Notes under the pieces: generated by a model
The model's input: the letters and a program-made list of their open reading frames with translations, nothing else
Told to the model about the DNA's origin: nothing
Databases searched by the model: none
Position numbers and translations under genes: made by a program
Source: Mustelus asterias
Lineage: Eukaryota
Assembly (NCBI RefSeq): GCF_964213995.1
Contig: NW_027590142.1
Coordinates: forward strand, 186,001 to 250,000
DNA length: 64,000 nucleotides
Reading direction: 5' to 3'
Shown here: positions 24,190 through 37,950 of the stretch, piece after piece
How positions within the stretch are numbered: position 1 is the first letter of the stretch
Layout: each line of letters opens with the position of its first letter

Positions 24190-24845
24190 GACTTTTGACA
24201 ATGAAGCGAATAAATCAGAACGGACACGACGACCAGGAAAGTACTCCTTCAGCATCCAAATCATGATAGCTCATTTTATTGGCCACCGGCTGTCTGACAT
24301 TCATTGGTATTGAGAACACAGGACGTCAGGACTTTGCAGCATAGTACACAACATCGCAAGAATAAATATTTTATCTTCCACTGAACCAGGTTATGAACTG
24401 GTCATTTCTTCATTCATTAGCAGTTATGAGAGGGACTGTTAAATAATCGAAATCAGATTATGCTGTACAACAGAACATGGTGCTAATCAGGTATAATAGA
24501 CGATGCCTTTTTAATGAGATGCAGAACACTGAGAATATTCCAGGAATCCCCGCTGTTAAAGGCAGATATATGATTTTCTTTTGCTTTTAATTATTTTCAT
24601 ATTTGTGCCATTACACTGATCTCATGGGGCTGAGGGATTGGGGCTGTCAGTATCACAAAGAGGCTTTAATCGTTGGAAGAACATTTTTTTGGAAGCTATA
24701 CAAATGAAATAGCATCAAGTCAATTTACTAGTTTCCAATACTGTTTAATCACATAATGAACAGTGCATTCATTTAAAATATTTGCTTAGAAGGAATACCA
24801 TTTAAACGTGTCTTTCTTGTGGGAATAAAACATTTGTTGTATAAC
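24190..24845. repeat. Diverged duplicated block, copy 2 (upstream of VH 2)
   Basis: Paralog of 9520-10205. Confidence 0.85.
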
Positions 24846-26311
24846 TGTTGATTTATTTAAACGAAGATTTATAGGGTTCACTTGTTTACAATAACCTCAC
24901 TAATCGTAAATCACACCAGGTTCCAGTGACTTAACCAAATGGCAAGAAAGAATGCTTTAAATGGTGAATTTGGAAAGTTTATTAACGATTAAAAATGTAA
25001 CGAGAGAAGGATAAAAAAAGAAAAGAATCTATTAACAGTAAAAGGAGAAAGCTTAACTTGAACAATTGAACAGACTTCTCTCCATCCTTCTCAGACCAGG
25101 ACAAAAAGTGACCGCTCCGAAAACATGGATAACTTGTAAAATCAACAGCTTTCAACACCTCTTTGTAGGGCACAGTGGTTAGCACGGCGGCCTCACAGCG
25201 CCAGGGACCCGGCTTGGGTCACTGTCTGTGCAGAGTCTGCATATTCTCCCCCTGTCTGTGTGGATTTTCTCCCACAGACCGAAGGACATGCTGGTTAGGT
25301 ACATTGAGCATGCTAAATTCTCCCTCAGTTTACCCGAACAGGCGCCAGAGTGTGGTGACTGGGGGATTTTCAGAGTAACTTCATTGCAGTGTGAATGCGT
25401 GACTCTAATAAATAAACTTAAAAAAACCTTGAACTTCGAAAAACTTCGACCAAATTGGTTTCTTGAATCCCCTTTTTTATACTTTCAAAATGTAGAAAGC
25501 CCAGCTCAGCCAATTGTTGGGAATTAGCCAATTGGTCTTTAACTTGTCAATAATGAAACTGATTTGGTTTTTAGCTAGTTGCACACATTGTCTGAATTTT
25601 AAGACAATTCTTTCTCTCAAACGATATCTCTTAGCTTGGGGAAGCCTGAGTGTTGACCAATAATTGGTTAACATCAGTCATTCAATGTTGAGACATCTTG
25701 AACAGGAGCCGATTCATTCCCTCTAGTCAAGGTTAACAAAGTATTAGTTTATTTATTAGTGTCACCAGTAGGCTTATGTTAACACTGCAATGAAGTTCCT
25801 GTGAAAATCCCTTAGTTGCCACATTCTGGCGTCTGATTGGATACACTGATTGAGAATTTAACATGGCTAATGCACCTAACCAGCACGTCTTTCGGACTGT
25901 GGGAGGAAACTGGAGCACCCGGAGGAAACCCATGCAGACACGGGGAGAACGTGCACACTCCGCACAGTCACCCAAGCCGGGAATCGAAGCCAGGTCCCTG
26001 ACATTGTGAGGCAGCAGTGCTAATCACTCTGGCACCGCGCCACGCTAACAAGTCTTGCTATCTGTTTTTTTTTTATTCTGTCGGCCTCAGAAGGGAACAT
26101 TTTATAATCCCCACAGCATTTTAAACATTCCTTGGATCTTTATATTCTAAACGTTATAAACTTTTGTGTTCAAATTTACATTTCCAGCCTAACAACTGTA
26201 TTAATGAATCATTTATTCTTTAATTGTCTCTCAATTCAGGCTGTCCATTTAACTAATCTCCTGCTTTAAATTGTGGAAACTTCAGTCCACAAATAAGGTA
26301 GTCAAATGCAT

Positions 26312-27255
26312 TGTTAAAAGCAGGATGTTCTTTATATAAATGAATAATAACGTTTAAAAATCATTGGCACACAAAATGAAACAGGAGCATTGGAACCAGC
26401 CTGGACTTGCAGACTGAAACCCTGCCCAAAGCCCACACGTGCTCAGAAGGGAGAGAGGTTGAGAAGAACACTCTGTAACACTTCTCCTCCCCTTAAATTT
26501 CAATCCCCCATCAGGACAGAAATACAACAAAGTAATGTCTTTAACAATACGGAAGTCTGTCAGCAGCTTTGTGGTTGCATTGCGACCTGTACAATACCAC
26601 TGGTAAATCTTGTAATGGTGTTTCTGGAATGGGAGGTGAAGAGGTAGTTTGAGAATCTGTACATGAACATTCCTCTTCCACTCCCACAGCAGAGTCAACT
26701 GGCAAAGCTGGAACCATTTCCTGGTGAACATCCACAGCAGCATGACCCTCTGCCATGTTCTCAGTAATGTTTGCTAACTCTGAAACTGTTCCTGACTCGG
26801 GGTCACACCGCAAGCGAATATGGTCTTGGTGTCTGTGAACAACTCTTCCATTTTACAGTCTCACCACCCAAGATACTGGACCACTTTGGTTTAAAATTAT
26901 TCCCGGTAACCACCTTTAGTTACTCCCAAAGTTTCTGATGTAAACCTGATCACCCGGTTTGAACTGCCTCTCTTTGGCGCGGTAGTCGTGTCCTTCCTTC
27001 TGCTTCTCTTGTCTCCTGCTCACTTTTGCTCTGAGACCTGGATGAAGCAGATCCGGATGAGACTTCAACCTTCTACCTAAAAATTCCGCAGGAGAGAGTC
27101 TGGTTGCGGATTGTGGTGTGATGCGAAACTGGAACAAAAATCTTGAGAGCTTGTTCTTAAAGTATCACCTGCCATTCTCTTCAATCCCTCCTTCAGAGTT
27201 TGAACAGCTCTTTCTGCTCGACCATTTGTAGCCCGATGAAACGGTGCAGTACGCA
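26312..27255 (-). mobile_element. Gypsy LTR retrotransposon 3' part: integrase C-terminus, PPT and 169-bp LTR (26312-26480)
   Basis: APFHRATNGRAERAVQTLK, RITPQSATRLSPAEFLGRRLK; PPT AAGGGGAGGAGAAG; LTR TGTTA...TAACA. Confidence 0.85.
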
Positions 27256-29383
27256 CATAAGACCATAAGACCATAAGACATAGGAGCGGAAGTAAGGCCA
27301 TTCGGCCCATCGAGTCCACTCCACCATTCAATCATGGTTGATTTCAACTCCATTTACCCGCTCTCTCCCCATAGCCCTTAATTCCTCGAGAAATCAAGAA
27401 TTTATCAATTTCTGTCTTGAAGACGCTCAACGTCTCGGCCTCCACAGCCCTCTGTGGCAATGAATTCCACAGACCCACCACTCTCTGGCTGAAGAAATTT
27501 CTCCTCATCTCTGTTCTAAAGTGACTCCCTTTTATTCTAAGGCTGTGCCCCCGCGTCCTAGTCTCCCCTGTTAATGGAAACAACTTCCCTACGTCCATCC
27601 TATCTAAGCCGTTCATTATCTTGTAAGTTTCTATCAGATCTCCCCTCAACCTCCTAAACTCCAATGAATATAATCCCACGATCCTCAGACGTTCATCGTA
27701 TGTCAGGCCTACCATTCCTGGGATCATCCGTGTGAATCTCCGCTGGACCCGCTCCAGTGCCAGTATGTCCTTCCTGAGGTGTGGGGCCCAAAATTGCTCA
27801 CAGTACTCCAAATGGGGCCTAACCAGTGCTTTATAAAGCCTCAGAAGTACATCCCTGCTTTTGTATTCCAAGCCTCTTGAGATAAATGACAACATTACAT
27901 TTGCTTTCTTAATTACGGACTCAACCTGCAAGTTTACCTTTAGAGAATCCTGGACTAGGACTCCCAAGTCCCTTTGCACTTTAGCATTATGAATTTTGTC
28001 ACCGTTTAGAAAATAGTCCATGCCTCTATTCTTTTTTCCAAAGTGTACGACCTCGCACTTGCCCACGTTGAATTTCATCAGCCACTTCTTGGACCACTCT
28101 CCTAAACTGTCCAAATCTTTCTGCAGCCTCCCCACCTCCTCAATACTACCTGCCCCTCCACCTATCTTTGTATCATCGGCAAACTTGGCCAGAATGCTCC
28201 CAGTCCCGTCATCTAGATCGTTAATATATAAAGAGAACAGCTGTGGCCCCAACACTGAACCCTGCGGGACACCACTTGTCATCGGTTGCCATTCTGAGAA
28301 AGAACCTTTTATCCCAACTCTCTGCCTTCTGTCTGACAGCCAATCGTCAATCCATGTTAGTACCTTGCCTCGAATACCATGGGCCCTTATTTTACTCAGC
28401 AGTCTCCCGTGAGGCACCTTGTCAAAGGCCTTTTGGAAGTCAAGATAGATAACATCCATTGGCTCTCCTTGGTCTAACCTATTTGTTATCTCTTCAAAGA
28501 ACTCTAACAGGTTTGTCAGGCACGACCTCCCCTTACTAAATCCATGCTGACTTGTCTTAATCCGACCCTGCACTTCCAAGAATTTAGAAATCTCATCCTT
28601 AACGATGGATTCTAGAATTTTGCCAACAACTGAGGTTAGGCTAATTGGCCTATAATTTTCCATCTTTTTTCTTGTTCCCTTCTTGAACAGTGGGGTTACA
28701 ACAGCGATTTTCCAATCCTCTGGGACTTTCCCTGACTCCAGTGACTTTTGAAAGATCATAACTAACGCCTCCACTATTTCTTCAGCTATCTCCTTTAGAA
28801 CTCTAGGATGTAGCCCATCTGGGCCCGGAGATTTATCAATTTTCAGACCTTTTAGTTTCTCTAGCACTTTCTCCTTTGTGATGGCAACCATATTCAACTC
28901 TGCCCCCTGACTTTCCTGAATTGTTGGGATATTACTCATGTCTTCTACTGTGAAGACTGACGCAAAGTACTTATTAAGTTCCTCAGCTATTTCCTTGTCT
29001 CCCATCACTAGATTACCAGCGTCATTTTGGAGCGGCCCAATGTCTACTTTTGCCTCCCGTTTGTTTTTAATGTATTTAAAGAAACTTTTACTATCATTCC
29101 TAATGTTACTGGCTAGCCTACCTTCATATTTGATCCTCTCCTTCCTTATTTCTCTCTTTGTTATCCTCTGTTTGTTTTTATAGCCTTCCCAATCTTCTGA
29201 CTTCCCACTACTCTTTGCCACGTTATAGGCTCTCTCTTTTGCCTTGATGCATTCCCTGACTTCCTTTGTCAGCCATGGCTGCCTAATCCCCCCTCTGATA
29301 ACCTTTCTTTTGTTTGGGATGAACCTCTGCACTGTGTCCTCAATTACTCCCAGAAACTCCTGCCATTGCTGTTCCACTGTCTT
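27256..29383 (-). mobile_element. Young CR1 LINE (677-aa open ORF2 portion) inserted into the Gypsy integrase
   Basis: Uninterrupted RT motifs; (ATAAGACC)n tail; Gypsy reading resumes on both sides. Confidence 0.95.
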
Positions 29384-29674
29384 AGACTGGCGTAGACCAT
29401 TCCTTTACAGGAATTCCTGAAACAACTCACTTATAAACAGAGTGTCGTTATCTGAAACAAGCGAATCTGGTAACCCAGGGCTTGTGAAAATTTGACAGAG
29501 CTTCTCTATTGTCACAGGAGCTGGAATATTACTCATAATCTGTGCTTCCAACCATTTTGAATGCGCATCTACAACGACCAAACACGTGATTCATCAAAGG
29601 TCCCCCAAAGTCCACATGTCTGGACCACAGCCTATCAGACCACCCCCAAGGATGAAGTGGTAATGTACCCAGTG
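29384..29674 (-). mobile_element. Gypsy integrase core fragment
   Basis: PLHPWGW...HVDFGGP...VVDAHSKWLEA...GLPDSLVSDND. Confidence 0.85.
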
Positions 29675-31500
29675 TGTTGGGGGGAATGAACTCAGAAGAA
29701 TCATTCAACACTCGAGCCTGATTCAATCGACAAACAGTTTATTGAGTTACGCCAGTGGGGAGAAGCCACAGGGGCTGACCATGTTCAACTCCACCCAACA
29801 AAGAATATCATCAATTCTTATCCAGTTACTCAGCCCATCCCAGCTGGACACAATCCAATCAGAATGGTGATAGATTACATACATTATAGGTTCAATAAAA
29901 TTAGTATCTGAGCATTATGGGGCTTTTTGATCATCTCATAGACAGGTGCCCCCATCATGATGCTTTCCAGACCCCCTTATCTACCATCCTTGGGTTTTGT
30001 ATATAGACTCCCTTAGTTTGAAATGGGGTGGATTAAAAGTTCTCAAATGGATGTCAGCACCCTTCCTTTGTTTTAATCTGACGACCACATGGTCTGGGAA
30101 TCATTTCTATTTAATACTCTCTTTTTAAACTCTTTTCTTCAGTATCCAATTCCAAAATTTTCCTTGTCATTGTGTTACTTGCGTCAGGAATAAATCTTTG
30201 GACCTGACAGGAAGTTTAACCCAAGATCAATCCAACACAGGATTGGTCGGAATCGTTTCATATGTATCAAATTTTAAATAACCATTACAAATTAAAACTC
30301 TCATTCTCTCATGAGTGAGTTTTATCTGGATTAAAATTCCCACATGTTTAGTAAAATATCCTGGAATCCTGTCTCTGGCCAGTAAATATGGTTCCAGGTT
30401 CATAACTTCTGAACAAAAAAAGTTTTATTAATTCCACTTCCTTTTTTAAAAAATCTGTTTGATTTAAATCACAGACAAAAAACCTCGCACAAATCCCACG
30501 AATATCATCCATACACAAATAGAGAAACTTAGCATGTGCTTTACAACAACAGTAACCAAAATTAATTCCTTAAGCGTTCTTGTGATCAACAAATGTAGCC
30601 CAAAACAATGATAAAACACATTTACATCCACATAAAACAAACAAAACACACAGATTCTCACAGCTCGTAAATTTCAAACAATGAATCCTCAGCATTCTCT
30701 CTTGCAGCTAAAGCTTCTTCAAGCGATAGAGCACTACAAACTCACAACTCCTTGATTAAAATAAGATACAAGCTCCTTCATTATAACTTAACCTTTTTTA
30801 AGCCAACTTACAAGGACTGATTTTAGAGGCAACATCTTTGTTGATTTAAAATCCCAAACACGTTACACCCAAACACCAGCAAAATCTTTGTTCTTTATCT
30901 GGGGATAAAATTCTCAGTTATTCCAAATCCCTCCAGGCTATGCTTAATATTTCCGCATTTAACTCATTCCCAGAAAACCTCAATTATAAACTAAAATAGA
31001 CGTGAGTTTCCGGGCAGTCACAGGAATATGGTCAAGATAGTCCAGTCCCACAATGCCTCACATTCAATCTGCAGTCATAGAAACCCTACAGTACAGAAAG
31101 AGGCCATTCGGCCCATCGAGTCTGCACCGACCACAATCTCACCCAGGCCCGACCCCCATATCCCTACATATTTTACCTGCTAATCCCTCTAATCTATGCA
31201 TCCCAGGACACTAAGGGGCAATTTTAGCATAGCCAATCAGCCTAACCCACACATTTTTGGACTGTGGGAGGAAACCGGAGCACCCAGACACGAGGAGACA
31301 CGAGGAAAATGTGCAAACTCCACACAGACAGTGACCCAAGCCGGGAATCGAACCCAGGTCCCTGGAGCTGTGAAGCAGCAGTGCTAACCACTGAGCTACC
31401 GTGCCACCCCACCACTGTGCTACCGTGCCGCCCCCTCAATTATAACAGAATATGTGGCTGTATGTAGCTGCCTTGGCCATGGTCAACCCTAACCCCTTCT
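29675..31500 (-). mobile_element. Second LTR-element family: LTR (29675-30415) plus non-coding internal remnant
   Basis: TGTT...AACA ends and AATAAA-like signal; matches 61270-61486 (inverted); 31017-31072 matches 63938-63993. Confidence 0.6.
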
Positions 31501-32084
31501 TGAACTGCTGCAATGCCTGAGGTATACGTCCACCCACAGTGCTGTTAGGAAGGGAATTCCAGCTGCATATTCCAGACTTTCACGAGACTGTACGTGGATA
31601 TCAGATTGATATATTCCATTCAACCACTCCCAAGGTGAGTTATTCCAATTCCTTTTTTGTCCAGGACAATATCTTCACAATATCTTTAAAACAGAAATTA
31701 AACATTCCCATTTGATTTCAGACAGTAACATATTCTGTTAGTTTGTCTTTATTGTCGATGTCAGGCTGGGTTTGTTCCCCTTGGAGCAAAAGAGGTTGAG
31801 GGGAGATTTGATAAAGGTGGACAAGATTCTGACAGGTTTAGAAAAGGTGGACAAAGAAAAGCTGTTCCCATTAGCTGAAGGGACAAGGGCAAGGGGAGAC
31901 ACAGATTTCTTGTTTTGGGTCAGAGGTGCAAGGGGGGCAGTGGGGGGGTTGAGATGTTAGGAAGAATATTCTGATGCAGCGAATGGTAATGACCCGGAAC
32001 TCGCTGCCTACGAGGAGGAGGAAGTGGAGACAATAAACAATTAAAAAGGAAATTGGATGGGCATTTGGGATGTTCCAAACAGAA

Positions 32085-33150
32085 CGAAGAACAAAGAAAA
32101 TTCCAGCACAGAAACAAGCCCTTTGGCTCTCCAAGCCTGTCGCAACCATGCTGCCCGTTTGAACTAAAACCCCCTACCCTTCCGGGGACCATATCCCTCT
32201 ATTCCTATGCTATTCACATATTTGTCAAGACACATCTGAAAAGTCACTATCTTATCTGCTTCCACTACCTTCCCCAGCAACGGGTTCCTGGCACCCACCA
32301 CCCTCTGTGTAAAAAGACCTGCCTCGTACATCTCCTTTAAACCTTGCCCCTTGCACCTTAAACTAATGTCCCGAGTAATTGACTCTTCCACCCTGGGAAA
32401 AAGCTTCTGATTATCCACTCTGTCCATGCCCCTCATAATCTTGTAGACTTCTATCAGGTCGCCCCCCTCAACCTCCATCGTTCCAGTGAGAACAAACCAA
32501 GTTTCTCCAACCTCTCCTCATAGCTAATGCCCTCCACACCAGGCAACATCCTGATAAATATTTTCCGTACCCTCTCCAAAGCCTCCACATTCTTCTGGTA
32601 GTGTGGTGATCAGAATTGATTCCAAGTGCGGTCCAACAAAGGTTCAATAAAGCTGCAACATGACTTGCCAATTTTTAAACTCAATGCCCCGGCCGATGAA
32701 GGCAAGCATGCCGTATGCCTTCTTGATTATCTTCTCCATCTGCATTACCACTTTCAATTACCTGTGTACCTGTACACCCAGATCCCTCTGCCTATGAATA
32801 CTCTTAAGGGTTCTGCCATTTACTGTATATTTCCCATCTGTATTAGTCCTTCCAAAATGCATTACCTCACATTTGTCCGGATTAAACTTCATCTGCCATC
32901 TCTCCACCCAAGTCTCCAACTGATCTATATCCTGCTGTATTCCACCTGCCGGTCCCCATCGCTATCCACAATTCCACCAACCTTTGTGTCGTCCACAAAC
33001 TTACCAATCAAATCAGTTACATTTTCCTCCAAATCATTTATATCCATTACAAACAGCAAAAGTCCCAGCACTGATCCCTGAGGAATGTCACTTGTCACAG
33101 CCCTCCATTCAGAAATGTACCTTTGCACTGCCAACCTCTGTTTTCTTCTG
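32085..33150 (-). mobile_element. Degenerate CR1 LINE 3' half
   Basis: [22 protein letters not shown] and GDLIEVYKIMRG with frameshifts; a further small CR1 piece lies at about 31770-32070 (+). Confidence 0.9.
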
Positions 33151-33385
33151 ACTCAATATCTCTAAACTTCCTAACACCCTGTCACTCTGTGATCCTTGTG
33201 ACATTTGAAATGATGTATTCACAAAAAGACTCAAAGAGCATCAGCCCACTGGAGGCTGAGACCAGCCAGTCCAGCACAAAGAAACCCTCTGACCCTCCCC
33301 ATTGACCAACTGTGAGAATGAACAAAATGCAGTCCTGGATGCAGCTGAGAGCAGAAACAATAACAGCAGAATCCAACCCCTGTCA

Positions 33386-34745
33386 TCACTCGTGAACTTG
33401 CTGGTGTATCCGCAGGTGGGTTAACCGAGTGAATCCCTTCCCACACTGAGAGCAGGTGAACGGCCTCTCCCCAGTGTGAACTCTCTGGTGTGTCCGCAGG
33501 TTGGATAACTGAGTGAATCCCTTCCCACACTGAGAGCAGATGAATGGTTTCTCCCCAGTGTGAGTTCGCTGGTGTCTCAGCAGCTGGGATGAAACGCTGA
33601 AACCCTTCCCACACTGAGAGCAGGTGAATGGCCTCTCCCCTGTGTGAACTCCCTGGTGTGTCCGCAGGTGGGTTGACCGACTGAATCCCTTCCCACACTG
33701 AGAGCAGGTGAATGGTTTCTCCCCAGTGTGAACTCGCTGGTGTGTCTGCAGGTTGGATAACTGAGTGAATCCCTTCCCACACTGAGAGCAGATGAACGGC
33801 TTCTCCCCAGTGTGAACTCGCTGGTGTCTCTGCAGGTCGGATGACACAGTGAATCCCTTCCCACACTGAGAGCAGGTGAATGGTTTCTCCCCAGTGTGAA
33901 CTCGCTGGTGTGTCCGCAGTTCGGATAATCAAGCGAATCCCTTGGTACACTGAGAACAGGTGAACGGCCTCTCTCCAGTGTGAACTCGCTGGTGTCTCTG
34001 CAAGTCTGATAACTGAATGAATCCCTTCCCACATTGAGAGCAGGTAAATGGTTTCTCCCCAGTGTGAACTCGCTGGTGTATCTGCAAGTCGGATAATCGA
34101 GTGAATCCCTTCCCACATTGAGAGCATGTGAACGGCCTCTCCCCTGTGTGAACCCGTTCGTGTGTCCGCAGGTTGGATGAACAAGTGAATCCCTTCCCAC
34201 ACTGAGAGCAGGTGAATGGCCTTTCCCCAGTGTGAACTCGCTGGTGTATCTGTAAGCTGGAGAACTGAATGAATCCCTTCTCACACTGAGAGCAGATGAA
34301 CGGCCTCTCCCCAGTGTGACTGCGCCGATGAGCTTCCAGCTCTGATGGGGTTCTGTATCCCTTCCCACAGTCCACACATTTCCATGGTTTCTCCATGATG
34401 CAGCTGTCCTTACCTCTCTCTTGGGTGGACAATTAGTTGAATTTCGTCCACATGCAGAACAAGATTACAGTCTCTACCCGCTGTGAATGGTGTGATATTT
34501 ATTCAGTCTGTGTAACTGGTTAAAGCTCTTTAGTCAGTGCATTGGAACACTCTCACTCGAGTGTGGCAGTGTGTTGATGCTTTTTCACTCACACTGACAT
34601 TTCAAATCTTTTCAAATCGACAGACTGGGCAATCATTTCTCCTTCTGGATTCAAAGTCCGATGATATTGAGGTCCCAAGGAATATGACTGTCAGATCGAG
34701 ACGTGACGTTTGAGATTTCGGCCTGTGATTCCTCTTTCAATATCC
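33386..34745 (-). pseudogene. C2H2 zinc-finger gene exon, 12 tandem fingers, one in-frame TGA in finger 6
   Basis: HTGE(K/R)[10 protein letters not shown] repeats. ORFs 33929..34432 and 33386..33847 share a frame across the TGA at 33929-33931; acceptor TTTACAG near 34746. Confidence 0.92.
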
Positions 34746-35134
34746 TGTAAAATGAGTTTCCAAAAGTCATCAGTGTCAGTACAGGATAGAAATTCAGAAC
34801 AGACAATTTTTACGGAACATTCATTCCTCTCTCATTCCCCAAAAGCTGTAAATCTCCATCCCACACATTCTCTCCCCATTCTCAGCAGATCTGGCAGCAT
34901 CTGTATGGATAGAAAAAAACTGATGTTTCAGAGCTTTGACAAAGGGTCATCTGGACAAGAAACATCAGCTCTTTTCTCTCCTTACAGATGCTGCCAGACC
35001 TGCTGAGATTTTCCAGCATTTTCTCTCTTGGTTTCAGATTCCAGCATCCGCAGTAATTTGCTTTTATAAGGCTGCAGATACCTCCTCCCAAGTAACATGC
35101 GTGTGCCCAAGACATCACCACTTGTTTCCCTTAT

Positions 35135-35910
35135 TTATTTAGCACCCATGGTGCTCTCCGCAGTAAACACAGAGGAGAAGTATTCATTAAAAATCTCACC
35201 CATCTCCTGTGGCTCCACACACAGATGGCCATACTGATTTTTAAGGGGATCTATTCCCTCTCGAGCCACCCTTTTACTCTTAATATAGCTATAGTACCTC
35301 TTGGAATTTTCTTTAATCTTTAAACCCAATGTATGCTTCCTTCTTTTACCTGACCAGAGCCTCAATGTCCCTTGTCTGCCAGAGATCCCTAAATTTACCA
35401 TTCTTTCCCTGCATCTTAACAGGAATATACTGCCCCTGGATTCTTGATATCACACTTTTAAAACCTCCCATTTGCCAGTTATTCCTTTCCCTTCAAACAA
35501 ACTCACCTAATCAACATCTGCTAGATCCTGCCTAATGCCCACAAAAGTGGCCCTGCTCCAGTTTAGGGCCTTGACCTGTGGATCTGTCCCATCTTTTCCA
35601 GAAATATTTTGAAACTATTGGTGCTCCCAATAGTGCTCCCATTTCAGTCACTTGCTCGACCTCATTTCTTAACTGTCTAATAGAAAGTGAGTCCAGGAAT
35701 TGATAATGAAAAATAAGGAGCTGGGAGATGAATTGAACAAGTATTTTGCCTCGGTGTTCACAATAGAGGTACAGTTATAACTCAGAAACAGCTGGAAATC
35801 AAAAAACAGAAGTGTGGGATGAACTCTGAAAAAGCACAATTCCCAGGGAAGTGGTCCTCAGCAAACTGTTGGAGCTGTGGGCTGATGAGTCCTCGGGTCC
35901 TGCTGGGTTC
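35135..35910. mobile_element. CR1 LINE internal fragments (both orientations)
   Basis: IKENSKRYYSYIKSKRVA...NEYFSSVFT (minus) and ELNKYFASVFT (plus). Confidence 0.8.
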
Positions 35911-35911
35911 T

Positions 35912-37950
35912 TTAGGGAAACAAAAATGGAGTGCAGCCTAAGACACACAACATAGACATGTTCGACGGACTCTGCAAGGCCACAGAAAGGGCAGTCTTCG
36001 GAGCCCGTGAACCAGTGAATCCTACGGTTGTGAGGAACTGTTGCATGCATCACCCTCCACCCCAGGTCCCCGACGTAATTGGGGGAGATCCCTGCGTAGA
36101 GGGACCTCCAGCGGGGACCTCCGCCGCACGGTGGCAACAAGGCCCGTCAAGGTGTATCCGGGCGACAGGCGAGGAAGCGGTAGTGGAAGGTGTGCAGCAG
36201 CAGCCCGCACAGGAAATGCCTCCGCGCGGTAGAAAAAGGCACGGACATTTCCGCGAGGCGGCTCAGGCTGTGGGGCACCTCACCCAGGGAGGGGGGTTGA
36301 GGATTTGGGCCAATGTGGAATTCCGCCCGAACAGGGGAATGCTCAGGCGGGATCCCACCGCACGCCTGCGCCGCCTCGAGTTTGTATTTTCGGGGCCGAG
36401 CACGACTGTACTAAGGTCTCGGATTGCTTTGGCCGCGTGCCGGATTGTCGTCCCCGCGCGCTCAGCCAGCACGCGGGGACTCATCCAGCCTGCCCCTCCG
36501 CCATCGAGCACGTCCCCGATTAGGTCCCGGACCAGGTGGAGGTTATCGTGTATACAACGGCCCGGGACCGTGTAGGACTGGTCAGGGTGGATCATGTGGT
36601 CCAGCACGGATCCAAGGCATGAAGCAATAGCCTTGGCAAAGATTGTATAATCCGTGCTGAGGAAGGAGACCGAGCGCCAGTTTTTTAGGAGGCATAGATC
36701 TTGTTGGGCAGCAGGGCAATGACGGCCCTGTGCCACGAAAGGGCATCTCCCCGGGAGCAATGCTCTCCCCCAGGACCCCCGCGTAGTCGCAGAACGTCCC
36801 AGAATGCCCTGAAGAGCTCTACTGACAGCCCGTCCAGCCCCGGGCCTTGCCCCGACTGAGGCCATTGAGGGCGCCGGTCAGCTCGGCCATGGTGGTGGGG
36901 GCTTCAAGCTTGCCGACGCCCTCCGGGCTGACCTGCGGCAGGTCCTCCCACAGAAGTCTGTGGGAATCCTCGCTGGACAGATCCGGAGAGAAGAGGGAGG
37001 TGCAATCATCCCGGGCAATGGCCCGGATGCCCTCGGGATCCGAGATGGGGGAACCGTCGTCGGCCAGCAGCATAAGGAGCTGCTGACGGTTAGCCCGCCC
37101 TCTTTCCAGTGAGTAGAAGAAGGGGGAGCCGCGGTCCAGGTCCACCTGGAACTCGAGCCGCGACCTCACGTATGCGCCGTGAGACCTGGCGAGCTGCAGG
37201 TCCTGCACTGCGCCCTTCTTCTCCCTGTACTCTGAACGCAGGGTCGGGTCCGCGTCGGGCTGACTGAGACGTGCCTCCTTCTCCAACTCCTCGAGCCTGG
37301 ATTTCCGTCCCTTTGTCGACCCCCTCGCGTACTCCTGACAGAAGGTACGGACGTGAGTCTTGCCCACATCCCACCAGAGCCTCAAGGAGGGGAAGCCTCC
37401 CCGCTTCCTTCTCCAGCCGGCCCAGAATCGACGGAACAAGTCCAGGAAGCGCTCATCCTCCAGCAGCGTGTTGTTAAAGTGCCAGTACGCGGACCCCCGC
37501 CGGACGCGAGATGGCACAAAGTCCGCCCACATCAGGCTGTGGTCCGTGCATGACACCAGCCGCATGGAACCGAAGACACACCGGACACGTTCGCCCTCGA
37601 AATGTAAAGGCGGCTGAGCCTGGACGCTCCGACTCCAGGCCTCACATAAGTGAAAGCTCTGGAGCCAGGATGGAGATGTCTCCAAATGTCCACCAAGTCG
37701 TGGGACCCGAGCAGGTCCCGCAACTTCACCATCACCCGGGGTGCGCAGCGAGGGGCCGGTGCGGTCCCGTGCCTCGAGGGTACAGTTGAAATCTCCCCCG
37801 AGGATAATGCATTCGCCCCCCGCGATGGTGTCGATGTGAGCGGACACTTTCTCGTAGAAAGTCATTTGCTGCGGTCCGCCGCCCGGGGCGTCGACGTTCA
37901 GCAAGTGAACGGCCACGCCCTCCTCACGGACCGTCAAGTGCAAATATTCT
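35912..37950 (-). mobile_element. Tx1/L1-clade LINE ORF2 remnant (APE endonuclease-RT), internally deleted, GC-rich
   Basis: GGDFNC, TDH, YWHFNNTLLED, LKNWRSVSFLSTDY.IFAK, IHPDQSYTVPGR.IHDNL, CPFCGLAESVEH. Confidence 0.9.

Noticed and set aside
33231-34377. Long alternative-frame ORFs (323 aa and 266 aa) over the ZNF array
   Set aside because: Shadow frames of the 84-bp C2H2 repeat.
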